Shown piece after piece: positions 9,576 through 20,002 of a stretch of 64,000 nucleotides of DNA. A program made the translations under genes and the position numbers. Numbering within the stretch: position 1 is the stretch's first letter; each line of letters begins with the position of its first letter. Origin of the DNA: a virus; IMG/VR virus record IMGVR_UViG_3300025168_000034, positions 101,610-165,609 of that record; one strand, 5' to 3'. A model generated the notes under the pieces. It was not told the origin of the DNA and ran no database searches. It worked only from the letters and a program-made list of their open reading frames with translations.

Positions 9576-10077
9576 TAATTTTATCCTTTAACTCACCGAC
9601 AACACCTTCTAACTTTTCGATTTCTTTATCTATCATGTCGCTAATTAGTGCGTTGTCTGGGTTAGCCCATTTTTCAATTTTTCCTTTTTCTGAAACATGT
9701 GTGTTCTCAGCTGAGCTTTCTTTAAACTCTTGCAAGCCGGCTTTAACATCTCTCAAATACGATTTAGCATTTTCATACTTTTTCATCGCATTAAATTCTT
9801 TTTTTAACCCTTTTGCTCTCAACTTATGTTGTTCATCAACAACACAATTAAAACACTTTCGATCAGTTTTCCAAAATTTGGCATCTAATCGATTGTTCAT
9901 CTTCTTACCACAACATGGACATGCTAACGGGACTAAAAAGTCTTTTCTAGCTTTATCCATTCTTGTAACTGTTTTTTTTATGCCGTTTTTGATTGTCCAC
10001 GTTTTACCGCTTTCCTCCCAAACATCACCCTCATGACGCTCGACATATTTGTTTCTCGTAACCTTAATTTTTTTCAT
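9544..10077 (-). CDS. Zn-finger-containing hypothetical protein
   Basis: CPCC...CFNC plus an EGDVWEESGKTW motif. Confidence 0.6.
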   Translation of the reverse strand: MKKIKVTRNKYVERHEGDVWEESGKTWTIKNGIKKTVTRMDKARKDFLVPLACPCCGKKMNNRLDAKFWKTDRKCFNCVVDEQHKLRAKGLKKEFNAMKKYENAKSYLRDVKAGLQEFKESSAENTHVSEKGKIEKWANPDNALISDMIDKEIEKLEGVVGELKDKINEQKEQPKGE

Positions 10078-10376
10078 TATCGTGCTTTTACATTAAATTT
10101 TTCTAACACCGCCTCTACTCTCTTGTCAAACTTTCTCAAAGCTCTACGTAGTTCTAATTTCATAGCTTCTGCAAGTTTCTTTTCTTCGTCCTTATTAGCT
10201 ACTGTTCTGTAAAACTCTTTACCACCGACTGACGACATTGTTACGTCAAATGAGAATTCTGGTTTTCCATCCTCTCCTACTTCAGTGAACTGTGGGTCGT
10301 AGTGTAACGTCATATTTGTGTTTGGTGACGTTGCGATTGCTTCTTTCTTTTCGCTTAAAAGTTTTTTTAATTCCAT
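10077..10376 (-). CDS. Hypothetical protein with MELKKLLSE leader
   Basis: 99-aa ORF, translationally coupled to both neighbours. Confidence 0.55.
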   Translation of the reverse strand: MELKKLLSEKKEAIATSPNTNMTLHYDPQFTEVGEDGKPEFSFDVTMSSVGGKEFYRTVANKDEEKKLAEAMKLELRRALRKFDKRVEAVLEKFNVKAR

Positions 10377-12649
10377 TATCTTCCGAATTTTATGTATCCT
10401 ATAATTTGATTGACTGGTGCAAAGGCTCCAGTTAATTTGTATAATTTTCCTTTGTGTTTAAACACTATACCTTCTGATGGTACTATTGCATCGAATCCTC
10501 CAATCTTATCCAAGCGTTTAAGTTGTGCTTTGAGAAATCTCAAAGGTGCATCATCGTCTTGAAGTTTATCATTGTTTGCTTTTGCCTTTAATTGTTCGAT
10601 AGAGCTTGCCAACTCTCTTTTCATTTTTGAAATAGAATCGTTAGGGTTGATTGCTACTAATCCTTCTAAACTTTTCAATACAAAAACTCCTAATTTTAGA
10701 AAGATGTCTTCTACCGGTTCGACAGCTATCTTTTTTTGATCTCTAACACCACTTCCCTTATCCATAGTAGTAAACCACTCTAAGAATTCTGGATTGTCTA
10801 TTGATTTTTTTAACTCTCGTAGATTTGGTTGTTTTTGACCAAAAGCCCATCTGTTAATGATATTCTGCAATACGTCGTCAGGCACTGCGTATTTGTAGGT
10901 TTTAGCATTATTTTTTATAAAAGCAGACCAAAAATTTTGAAAGTATAATCCTAACTTACTTTCCTTAGTTAGCTGGTACTTGCCTCTAACATTACCAAGA
11001 TCTTTAAGTAGTTCTTGCTTTTGTTTTTCGTAATCTTTAGTTTGTTTAAGATCCACTAAGTCAGTGGCTCTTATTTCATACGTATCTTGTTTAGAAGCTT
11101 CTACTCGATCTAAGGCTTGTTGTATTTTAGTAGGTGCTTCACTATCACTTCCTATGACGTTTCCATTCTCATCATACTCCTGCACGTTGTGCATTCTTAG
11201 TTGAGTTACTCCGTAAGCAGCTACATTTTCACTGGAAGGATGTAAGAGTTCCATGTTTATAAACTTGGTACCGTTTCCAAAAAACTCTTCTTTTTCGGTT
11301 GGATTAAGTTTGGATATCGCATCCGTCATATCTTGCATTGCATCAAGAAATGCATTACGAACATTATCTGGTAAGTGCTGCATTGACTTTTCCATATCAT
11401 TCTTAGTCATTGCTTTTTCAGCTGCATTCTTCAGTTGTCCTTTGTTTCTTGCTGAAAGCACTTTGCCGTCTTTATATGTTACCATAAGATTCTGTCCATC
11501 TAACTTCTCTTGAGCATACTCCACTTTTCCGGTTAAAGCTGCATCAATCATATCTTCGATATCATCAAAAGTCATATCCATATCTTCATACGGATGAGCC
11601 ATGTGTCCAGCTGCTCCTCCCTCTTTTAAAAGATTGCGACCCTCACTGACAGCCATAAATTCTGCTGGAGTCTCTATATCTAGAAATGCTGAGGGTGTTA
11701 GTGTTTTTTTTAGTATTGGCAGACGAGCTAAGAGTAGGTAGATTACTCCTCCAGGTAACACAGATGCTGCTGTAAATCCAGCTAATTTCAAAACATCTTT
11801 CATTTGATCGCCAATCTCTTTTCTTTCGTGATTTGGTAACTTTTGACCTTTCTTTACCGCGGAATACAGCTTTATAAATGCGTCTTTAGTTTCTTGCTTT
11901 TCAACCTTTAGTTTGTCAATAAAAGCTCCAAACTTACTTTTTAATTGTTCAAATTGTTTACGTAAGACAGCAGGAATTTCTATCTCATCCAAAGTAGATT
12001 GGGAGAGGTCCTCCTTGATCTTTTTTTTTGATAATAGATCGAATATGTCTCTAAGCTGTTGATCAGATTTTATGCTTGGATAATTTGTTTTAAAATTTTC
12101 AAAATCCTGAGCTGCTAAGTCAGATCGTAGCTGCGACGCTGAGGTTGGCTTACCGTTTTGATCATCAGTTCTATTTTTGTAGAATAATGGTTTTGATTTA
12201 TCAAGTGGCAACTCAACAACACTCACACCATCTTTATAATATTTTCCATCATTTTGGTGTTGATCTACAAAGCCACGAATACGATCGTAATCACTACCTT
12301 TGCTGCTTGACCCTAAAGCATACGATTCTCCTGATTGAGCTTTCTCTTCAATATATTTGTATGCAGTGAGTAGTGGACTTGGGTATCTTGATCTCTCTAC
12401 TCTAATCTTTTTGGTTCCAGCTAGTAGTTTTTCCCATATTTTTTCGCTATCTTCAAGAGTAATACCATCACGTTCTTTTGGTCCTATTAGAATAACAACT
12501 TCTTTTACTTGTGGCATATCTTCATAACCCTTTGCAAGCATTAAGTGTCCTTCGTGTGGAGGTTTAAATCCACCAGGCAACATTACTGTAATTCCCTCTT
12601 CAACTTCGTTGAGAATACTATCAACTAGAAATTTTGATAAATCGTTCAT
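10376..12649 (-). CDS. Multidomain protein: HIGH-family nucleotidyltransferase + LETM1-like region + RNA-ligase-like (DUF6267-like) domain
   Basis: PGGFKPPHEGH and TSASQLR (HIGH/SxTxxR); QMKDVLK...VLPGG...LTPSAF (LETM1-like); GHMAHP, EKLDG, PSEGIVF, YKLTG (ligase motifs I, IV, V). Confidence 0.75.
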   Translation of the reverse strand: MNDLSKFLVDSILNEVEEGITVMLPGGFKPPHEGHLMLAKGYEDMPQVKEVVILIGPKERDGITLEDSEKIWEKLLAGTKKIRVERSRYPSPLLTAYKYIEEKAQSGESYALGSSSKGSDYDRIRGFVDQHQNDGKYYKDGVSVVELPLDKSKPLFYKNRTDDQNGKPTSASQLRSDLAAQDFENFKTNYPSIKSDQQLRDIFDLLSKKKIKEDLSQSTLDEIEIPAVLRKQFEQLKSKFGAFIDKLKVEKQETKDAFIKLYSAVKKGQKLPNHERKEIGDQMKDVLKLAGFTAASVLPGGVIYLLLARLPILKKTLTPSAFLDIETPAEFMAVSEGRNLLKEGGAAGHMAHPYEDMDMTFDDIEDMIDAALTGKVEYAQEKLDGQNLMVTYKDGKVLSARNKGQLKNAAEKAMTKNDMEKSMQHLPDNVRNAFLDAMQDMTDAISKLNPTEKEEFFGNGTKFINMELLHPSSENVAAYGVTQLRMHNVQEYDENGNVIGSDSEAPTKIQQALDRVEASKQDTYEIRATDLVDLKQTKDYEKQKQELLKDLGNVRGKYQLTKESKLGLYFQNFWSAFIKNNAKTYKYAVPDDVLQNIINRWAFGQKQPNLRELKKSIDNPEFLEWFTTMDKGSGVRDQKKIAVEPVEDIFLKLGVFVLKSLEGLVAINPNDSISKMKRELASSIEQLKAKANNDKLQDDDAPLRFLKAQLKRLDKIGGFDAIVPSEGIVFKHKGKLYKLTGAFAPVNQIIGYIKFGR

Positions 12650-13189
12650 TTATAAAGAGTCTTTTGTATAAATAGGCTGCGTTTTCACTTTAGCCTTTAA
12701 TTGTGCAACTTCTTTTGTGAGCTGATCAACTCTATCTAGCAGTTTTGTAATCACACTAGATAATGACTTGTGTTTTAAATTTTCATTCTTATATAAGTAA
12801 AGGTCTTCTAGGACTGCACTTCCGTTTACAATTAACTTACACTGATCATACTCACCCTCTATTGTAGATTGTCCGACATAGAATTTTTCCATAACTCGTC
12901 TGGATATTATATCTCTGTTTTCAAGATCTTGTGTGATTGGATTGTAAGCGAGGTAGTGTGAAATAAAGTATATGTTGTCGGATTGAAGTTTAGCATCTGT
13001 GTTAGGTGTGCCTATTCTTACTAGATAGGGATTAGTGTTATGCTTTGCTTTTATGTCAGACACACTCTCTCCATTCCAACTTGTATAAATATTCTTTAAG
13101 CGAATCTTACCCAAAGTTTCTCCAGTTGCTAATCCTTCAATTGGTTTGAAAGGTGTTGTTGTGTTTCTTACTTTATTATTATTTATCAT
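12650..13189 (-). CDS. Hypothetical virion-associated protein with C-terminal coiled coil
   Basis: 179-aa ORF ending in the heptad KLLDRVDQLTKEVAQLKAKV. Confidence 0.55.
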   Translation of the reverse strand: MINNNKVRNTTTPFKPIEGLATGETLGKIRLKNIYTSWNGESVSDIKAKHNTNPYLVRIGTPNTDAKLQSDNIYFISHYLAYNPITQDLENRDIISRRVMEKFYVGQSTIEGEYDQCKLIVNGSAVLEDLYLYKNENLKHKSLSSVITKLLDRVDQLTKEVAQLKAKVKTQPIYTKDSL

Positions 13190-14652
13190 GATCTGTCTGC
13201 TGGAAATGCCACTTCATTTGTAATATTACCTCCAATCGTTGTCGGTGCTAGTAAGGATGGATCAGTTGCTACACCTACTTGGCAAAATTCAATATCATCA
13301 ATAATACATCCAAAGTAAGAATCAGAATCTAAACTACCACTAGCTTCAAACACTATTTGAGCATCTAATCCATACTGCACAACGTTGATATTGAAAGATT
13401 CTAATTGGAATCCTGTCGCAGGGTTTATAAAAGACATTGCTGGATTAACGTTTTTTATTCTCACAATATTATTATCAGGTGGATAAAATCCCGCTGTTCC
13501 TGCTACTCGCTCATTTATAAGACCAACATTTGGTTGAATATTAAAAATGTAAATTAACAATTCACTACCTGCGCCTGTGTCAGGATACATATCTATATTA
13601 AGGTTTCTTTTTAGATTGAACTTAACATTAAAAATTCCTCCATTTGTATTAAAAATACCTCCAGTACTTTGAATTGGATTTGGAAGTGGATACATGTCGC
13701 TACAAAACCAATTCACTCCTGAGGACGGATCAGCAGTAATCGAATCATCTCTCGTTGCTGTTACAGTGGGGAAAAATAATCGTCGTCGTTTTAATTCGTT
13801 TGACAGGTTTATTTGAACAGCAGACGTTTGTAGATGGGATTGTGAAGCATATCCAGCTAAGGATGCACTCACATCTTGTCTTGAAATTCCAATACCTCCT
13901 GCAAGATCGTAGAACCTTCCATCAAACGATCCAGTTGAAGCATCTCCAAATGTTATCATGCCTGGATTAGTTCCGTTTGCTAATGGAACACCTCCTCCTA
14001 GAGTTACACCTCCTACTTCAGTGTATTTAGGAATACCTGCACTAAACGCTGATGGTTGAGCGTAAACGTCCGAGGGTGTTGGTTTGTTAATAGTAGCTGG
14101 ATATTCTACGGTTCCACCTCCAACACTACTAGCAAATGTTTTATATATCATATTTGAAGCTGTCATTAAAGGCTCTACAGCTTTCCAGCTTGAAGTTATT
14201 GGATATTTTACAAAGCCATAATCACCTCGTAAGTCACCTCTAAAAAAACTAGCACTGTTATAGGTAAAAGTAAAAATCATAGTATTGTTAAAACTACCAC
14301 CACCTCTGGCTGTTGAGTCAATACTAAATCCAGATTGAGTTGGTACAAGACAATTCCATAAATAATCTGCTGCAGGAGATCCCCACGGCAATGCTCCTGC
14401 ACTACCAGATATAATTGCAGGTTCTCGTGTAAGAGCTGTGAGAGTGTCAAAGTCGAGCGAGGTGGCAATGGCGTTGTTGTAATAAGCATTTGATATACTT
14501 CGATTTTGTCCATCCCAATCTTCGTTTACATTTGCCATGTTATTAGGCCATCCTCCAACTATTTTGTTGCTGCCAGTAGGACACCACTTATAATAAAAAT
14601 CAAATGCATGACTATATGTCACTCTTTTATTTTTTAAATCTGTAAAACTCAT
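13186..14652 (-). CDS. Putative virion structural protein
   Basis: 488 aa, G/S/T/N-rich beta composition, in a late operon. Confidence 0.6.
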   Translation of the reverse strand: MSFTDLKNKRVTYSHAFDFYYKWCPTGSNKIVGGWPNNMANVNEDWDGQNRSISNAYYNNAIATSLDFDTLTALTREPAIISGSAGALPWGSPAADYLWNCLVPTQSGFSIDSTARGGGSFNNTMIFTFTYNSASFFRGDLRGDYGFVKYPITSSWKAVEPLMTASNMIYKTFASSVGGGTVEYPATINKPTPSDVYAQPSAFSAGIPKYTEVGGVTLGGGVPLANGTNPGMITFGDASTGSFDGRFYDLAGGIGISRQDVSASLAGYASQSHLQTSAVQINLSNELKRRRLFFPTVTATRDDSITADPSSGVNWFCSDMYPLPNPIQSTGGIFNTNGGIFNVKFNLKRNLNIDMYPDTGAGSELLIYIFNIQPNVGLINERVAGTAGFYPPDNNIVRIKNVNPAMSFINPATGFQLESFNINVVQYGLDAQIVFEASGSLDSDSYFGCIIDDIEFCQVGVATDPSLLAPTTIGGNITNEVAFPADRS

Positions 14653-14664
14653 ATTTTATATTTA

Positions 14665-16791
14665 TTAAAACGATCCACTCTCTATGGACTTAAAAGATTG
14701 GAATATAAAGTGGTTAGTTTGACAAGTGTTTGATGGTATTTCAGCTTTCACATTAACCGATAGATCATTTAAAAACGTTGTATATTCTGATTGCTCTCCT
14801 GTAAAGTTAAAGTACTCTATTTTAAAATCAAGGGACTGTGATATAGAAAGTATGTCGCCAATCTCTGTATTCATTGGAATTTGAAATTGTACTAAGTTTG
14901 GTGAAAATCCATTTATAGCTAAGGGTTTTATGCTAATCTCACTGCAATAAGCACTTCCAGTCACATTAACAAAATCTATAGGTTTAACTCTAAAGACTGG
15001 TCCTCCTAATCCAGACGAGTCTGTTTTAAAATCAAACTCAACTCTACCATAACCTTTCTTAACATCTCTATTGTTTTGCACCCTTCCAACAAACTTTCCA
15101 AAACGATTAACTCCTCCTCCGTATCTATCCTTCTCAAGATTGATATCTTTTAGAAATGCTTTAGGAGATGCGTTTGGAATTGCTGTGTTTGTGTTTAAAG
15201 GATCACTATTCATATACACTTCAAGTTCTGTATTAGGTTCTAAGGTTAGGTTAAAACCTAATGTATATAATTGTTCTAAATTATAGTTTTGATCAAATTG
15301 TGTTGTAAACAAACCAGAGTGTGTAAAATCAGCTTCTATCTGTACACTCTCGTGCAACGATGAGCTGTTAATTGATGGAATTGTTCCTTGATATATAGCG
15401 TTTGGTGTTTCTACAAGATAGGACCAATAACTATCTGCAATTTGCTGAGATGTGAAGTGACCTATTAGTCTAAAGTCTGAATCCCTTTTTGCATATGTAG
15501 TTTGGTTTGGGAATGCTGCATCTGTCAAGTATTCGACAGGCTTAATTATAGAGTCATATATCACCTTAAAATCTCCAGTAGAAGTTCCTTTTCGATAGGA
15601 TGTTTTAATTCTATAAACATCTCCACCTATAGGCTTCATATCAGAAAACGTAGTCTCTAAATAATTCATGTTTACAGTTGAGCTAGTTACAAACTCTTGA
15701 TCAGACGGTAAATACGCAATGCTTGCAGTAAATTTGCTTGTTTCACGAATTCGTTGAATTGTTGTTGATCCACCACTTAAAGCATTAGCGTTAAGTACAA
15801 CCAACTCAATTGGTTTGCTAATTCTCATTTCTGTGTCAGTCATTATTTCTACAATGTTGGCTGTGAACAGTGTTAATTGATCTGATGTGCTGCCTGATAT
15901 AGCAAAGTGGGATGGTAGTGTTGGTTTAAATTCTGCAGGTGTACTGGCGGCATCAAAAAATTGAAATGTGCCTCCTAGAAAATCTTTTTGTATAGACTTA
16001 TTTGCAGACTTAACCGTCGTACTAAATCTAGTTGTCAAATCTCTACGATATCCGTTTTGGATTTCAGAAATTTCTGATCGTAGTGAAGAGTTCACACTAT
16101 TAACTGTTCGTGGTTTTTGTAGTGGGTTGAGTAATATTCTTTGAAGATTAACATCTAAAATCTCTTCGCTTGATTGGAAATCTAAGTCGTATCCTTTAAA
16201 ATTAGGTGTCAGTATTGTAAAATCATCTGCACTAGACGTGTATTGTAAAAACTGACTACCACTCAAAGCCGCAGCGTTTGTAAACTCTCTTTCTGGTGTT
16301 TGTACTTGTACAATGTCAATTAATGGTGGGTCGTTAAACACCAACTTAGAAGTGTTTCTTTCCATCGGAACAATATTAACAGCTCTTGACCATCTAACAT
16401 TGTAATCTCTGTTGACTGTTTTTGGGATTGGATTACCTTCCAAATCAACCACAGCTTCACCTACCAAATACACAACTGCTAGACCTTTTGCAGTAATATC
16501 GTACACTTCGATAGTTATGTAATAATCGTTAAAACGATCTACATAATTTGTAACTTCTGCAAACATATTATCACCATTTGCATCAATCACCTCTATATCG
16601 ATATCACTATCTGCTCGAAGGTTTAGACCGTTTCCTTTTAATCTCATTATGTAGCGACCACCACCTAAAGTGTCAGAAAACTCTGTGATCTGAAAGTAGT
16701 TAGGTGAGTCAGGACTCGTATCTTCTATAAGATAATCTCTCGTTGAGTATCCTCTCGGTTGTGGTTTTTTATAAAAAGAAACAAAGCTCAT
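14665..16791 (-). CDS. Putative virion structural (tail/baseplate) protein
   Basis: 708 aa, beta-rich, preceded by the late motif at 16797-16804. Confidence 0.6.
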   Translation of the reverse strand: MSFVSFYKKPQPRGYSTRDYLIEDTSPDSPNYFQITEFSDTLGGGRYIMRLKGNGLNLRADSDIDIEVIDANGDNMFAEVTNYVDRFNDYYITIEVYDITAKGLAVVYLVGEAVVDLEGNPIPKTVNRDYNVRWSRAVNIVPMERNTSKLVFNDPPLIDIVQVQTPEREFTNAAALSGSQFLQYTSSADDFTILTPNFKGYDLDFQSSEEILDVNLQRILLNPLQKPRTVNSVNSSLRSEISEIQNGYRRDLTTRFSTTVKSANKSIQKDFLGGTFQFFDAASTPAEFKPTLPSHFAISGSTSDQLTLFTANIVEIMTDTEMRISKPIELVVLNANALSGGSTTIQRIRETSKFTASIAYLPSDQEFVTSSTVNMNYLETTFSDMKPIGGDVYRIKTSYRKGTSTGDFKVIYDSIIKPVEYLTDAAFPNQTTYAKRDSDFRLIGHFTSQQIADSYWSYLVETPNAIYQGTIPSINSSSLHESVQIEADFTHSGLFTTQFDQNYNLEQLYTLGFNLTLEPNTELEVYMNSDPLNTNTAIPNASPKAFLKDINLEKDRYGGGVNRFGKFVGRVQNNRDVKKGYGRVEFDFKTDSSGLGGPVFRVKPIDFVNVTGSAYCSEISIKPLAINGFSPNLVQFQIPMNTEIGDILSISQSLDFKIEYFNFTGEQSEYTTFLNDLSVNVKAEIPSNTCQTNHFIFQSFKSIESGSF

Positions 16792-16810
16792 ATACTAATA
16801 AATAGTATTG

Positions 16811-19800
16811 TTAACAGTTTATATACGACAATTCGTTTTTTCTGTCTATTGTTATAATATTGTCAACCATATCTCTTACTACATCAATGTGTGAGATAAC
16901 TAAACTAAACCTGAAAGTGTCCTTCATATTAGTAAATAGTGTGTGCATTGAGTTTAGATTGGTGCTATCTAAAACACCTAATCCCTCATCAATAGCAATA
17001 AAATCAGGCTTCGGTAGGTTTGTGATCTTAATTAATGCTATACGCAAAGCTATAGAAGATAAGAATTTTTCCATCCCAGAACTCAACTCTAACGGCCACT
17101 TTTCGTCTTCATAACATATGAATCCATTTATATTCTTGCCATCTGTTTCTAATGCAATCTCAAAATCAATTATCTGATTTAGTATAGTGTTGGCGTGTTG
17201 CTCTATGAATGGAACAGCCTTTGATATAAGCTGAAATGGTATGCCATCCTTATACATAGCTTTGCAGTAGATATCATATATTGCTTGATCTTCTACTAAC
17301 TGAGTCATGTGTTGGATTGTTTTTGTACTCTCTTCAATTGTCTCCTCAGCTACACACTTTTTACCATAGAAATCACGTACAGACTTGTTAGTTTTCTGTA
17401 CGACTATAGTTTGTTTATTTTTTTCTATGTTCAACTTACTTAACTTGTCATTCGTTTTATTGTTACGTTCTATGACTTTTACAGCCTTGTTGTATTGTTT
17501 GATTTGCGATTCGGTTTCTGCAATATTGACTTCGCATGCTGCTATGTCTTTATTAAGACGTTCATACTCAGACTCAGCATCACCTTTATCAGCTCGTGCG
17601 CTATTATAGTCAGTTGCAATGTCTCTTATGTAGTCCGCTTGTGCTTGTATTTCTTTATTGTTTTCGATAAAATCAACGATTCGCATACGCTTTTGTAAAA
17701 AGTCAGCTACTGTTGTTTTATCTTCCTCAAGCTCTAGTTTCGTCTTCATTGCATCTTGTACAAACACATTTGACACGCAGTGCTTGCAGTTCGGATCATA
17801 CTCATGTTTATTAAGTTTTTCAAGTTTTGACAACTTGTTTTTGATTGTAATCTTTAACTCTCCCAACTCCGTATCTAGCTCAATCTTTTCTAGTACCTTT
17901 GCTTTGTGGGTAGTGTATAGATCCTGATCAAAGCTGTTCAATGCACGCTCCTTATCATACTCTAATCCAGTTAATCTCTTCTTAGACTCCTCCCACTTCT
18001 TTGTCGATACTTTTTTGTCTTCTTGCAAAGATGTCAATTCTTGTTCGTATTCTTCAAGTGATTCTGATACATCAGAAATATCTATACTATCTTCTTCACA
18101 CGGCTCCAATTGCTCAGATAACACTAACATTTTATCGATCTGATCATCAAGTATAGCTTTCTCTTTTTTATGCACCGCTATAGCATCGTCATGCTTTATA
18201 GTGTATTCATCTAAAGACTTTTCTGCATCACCTAGTTTAGTTTCAAAGTCTTGCTTTTGGTACTCTTCTAGTATAATTGATGCATTTCTATTGCTTCTAT
18301 TGGCAAGGTCATGGAGTTGATCAAATATAGTAACATCTAAGAAGTTGGCTAGCAGATCCTTTCTTTCGCTCTGAGTCTTGTCAATAAAGTTGGAGTTGTT
18401 CTGTTGCAGTGATAATGCAGTTAGGATAAAGTCATCAAACGTACCTACATAGGATTGTATGATCTTACCAGTGTCACGTCTCATCTCACCATTCAGTGAC
18501 ACCTTGTTTCCATCCTCGTTGATGTACCAAAAGTCAATCTCCACACGCAATCTACCCTTTAACGCACCACTACGGTACTTGAAGGCTTTTTTGTGAATGA
18601 AATAGTCCAATCCTTCGAGCTCAAAGTTGAAGGTACACTCGAATGATTCTTTCTTGCGATTAAGTACTTGGTCAGCTTTACTAGCTCTGAACGAGTGATC
18701 GAAGAGGCAGAAGCATAGAGCGTCTAATATGGCAGACTTGCCGGCATGGTTAGGTGCAAATATACCACAAGTACCCATCTTAGTGCTGAAGTCAATGGTG
18801 TTGTCCTCTCCATAGCTGAACATGTTGCTAAACTCGAACTTCTTAGGTTTCCAGATTACACTGCGAGCTACCTCAGGCTGCTGCAACTCACCATTAAGCT
18901 TCTTATTGATTTCTAAAACTTTGGCAATCGAGTCTTCATCTACACCTTCATCGGTTAGGTATTCTGTTAGTAGTTGGTTCTGGTATTGTATGTTACGTAC
19001 GTCTCCTTGGTCTAGTTGTGTACCTAGATGTTCATCACCGTTCCGGCCACCTTTGTCGAGTTTGATAACTATTGCATCTCGGTTTTTGTACTTCTTACGT
19101 ATCGTTGCAAGAACACGCTTCATCTGAGCCGCATCTGTTTTCATTGTCTTGATGCGTAGTCTTGTGTGCTTTGTGATAGGTAGATTGTCTGGCAATACAC
19201 CATCAGTAATCTCTAACGTATAATACCCGTATTCGTTAGGTAAATCGTGAAACTCACATTTGATATCTTTTCGGTCTCGTACATCAATGATACCATATCC
19301 ATGTCCTTCATACGCTTCTCCAAAGTTTTGTTGTACAGTTGAGCCTGGATAGAACATCAACGGATTTGCTGTAGATAATGTTTGACGTTTATGTATATCT
19401 CCTAGTGGTGCTACATCAAAACCAGCAAACGTATCCCAGCTCAATCCATGTTCAATATTCATACCACTATCCACTTTACTATTGGCAACTGTGCCATGAT
19501 ACAAAGCCATTAGTAAATCGTATTGGTCTGGATTATCTATCTTATCGTATGTGATATATTTGTCAGTTTCACCTAATAAAGAAAATACACTGAGTCCTAT
19601 TTTCTGATCTGGTGTGTATATATCATACAATCCTGAGTCTCTTAGGTACCAAAGGTTTCGATGTTTCAGTCCTTGAACGATTGGAGTTAATGCATCTAAT
19701 CTGTGTGGATTATTTAGGTTTGCATCGTGGTTTCCTGTGATCACAAATGTGGGTCTTCTATCTGCCAATCTTTTGAATAGGTAGGATACCATGCTGATAA

Positions 19801-20002
19801 GCTCTGGACTCATCTCTGTTTTAGCATGCACAATATCACCTCCAACTGTTACGATGGTGTTAGGAGAACACTTGTCTAATTCCTCAAACATTCTGTCAAA
19901 CACCTGCTTAAACTCTTTGTGCCGTTTCCAGTTCCTAATGTGTACATCAGCGATGTGAAAGATGTAATCAACATTGTTGGGTAGTGTAATTCCTTGGCTC
20001 AT
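16811..20002 (-). CDS. Fused Mre11/SbcD nuclease-Rad50/SbcC ATPase (gp47-gp46-like)
   Basis: Phosphoesterase motifs ADVH, GGDIVH, GNHD, GDIH; Walker A APNHAGKS; coiled coil with CKHC zinc hook; signature SSGME; Walker B IAIDEG; ISH. Confidence 0.93.
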   Translation of the reverse strand: MSQGITLPNNVDYIFHIADVHIRNWKRHKEFKQVFDRMFEELDKCSPNTIVTVGGDIVHAKTEMSPELISMVSYLFKRLADRRPTFVITGNHDANLNNPHRLDALTPIVQGLKHRNLWYLRDSGLYDIYTPDQKIGLSVFSLLGETDKYITYDKIDNPDQYDLLMALYHGTVANSKVDSGMNIEHGLSWDTFAGFDVAPLGDIHKRQTLSTANPLMFYPGSTVQQNFGEAYEGHGYGIIDVRDRKDIKCEFHDLPNEYGYYTLEITDGVLPDNLPITKHTRLRIKTMKTDAAQMKRVLATIRKKYKNRDAIVIKLDKGGRNGDEHLGTQLDQGDVRNIQYQNQLLTEYLTDEGVDEDSIAKVLEINKKLNGELQQPEVARSVIWKPKKFEFSNMFSYGEDNTIDFSTKMGTCGIFAPNHAGKSAILDALCFCLFDHSFRASKADQVLNRKKESFECTFNFELEGLDYFIHKKAFKYRSGALKGRLRVEIDFWYINEDGNKVSLNGEMRRDTGKIIQSYVGTFDDFILTALSLQQNNSNFIDKTQSERKDLLANFLDVTIFDQLHDLANRSNRNASIILEEYQKQDFETKLGDAEKSLDEYTIKHDDAIAVHKKEKAILDDQIDKMLVLSEQLEPCEEDSIDISDVSESLEEYEQELTSLQEDKKVSTKKWEESKKRLTGLEYDKERALNSFDQDLYTTHKAKVLEKIELDTELGELKITIKNKLSKLEKLNKHEYDPNCKHCVSNVFVQDAMKTKLELEEDKTTVADFLQKRMRIVDFIENNKEIQAQADYIRDIATDYNSARADKGDAESEYERLNKDIAACEVNIAETESQIKQYNKAVKVIERNNKTNDKLSKLNIEKNKQTIVVQKTNKSVRDFYGKKCVAEETIEESTKTIQHMTQLVEDQAIYDIYCKAMYKDGIPFQLISKAVPFIEQHANTILNQIIDFEIALETDGKNINGFICYEDEKWPLELSSGMEKFLSSIALRIALIKITNLPKPDFIAIDEGLGVLDSTNLNSMHTLFTNMKDTFRFSLVISHIDVVRDMVDNIITIDRKNELSYINC

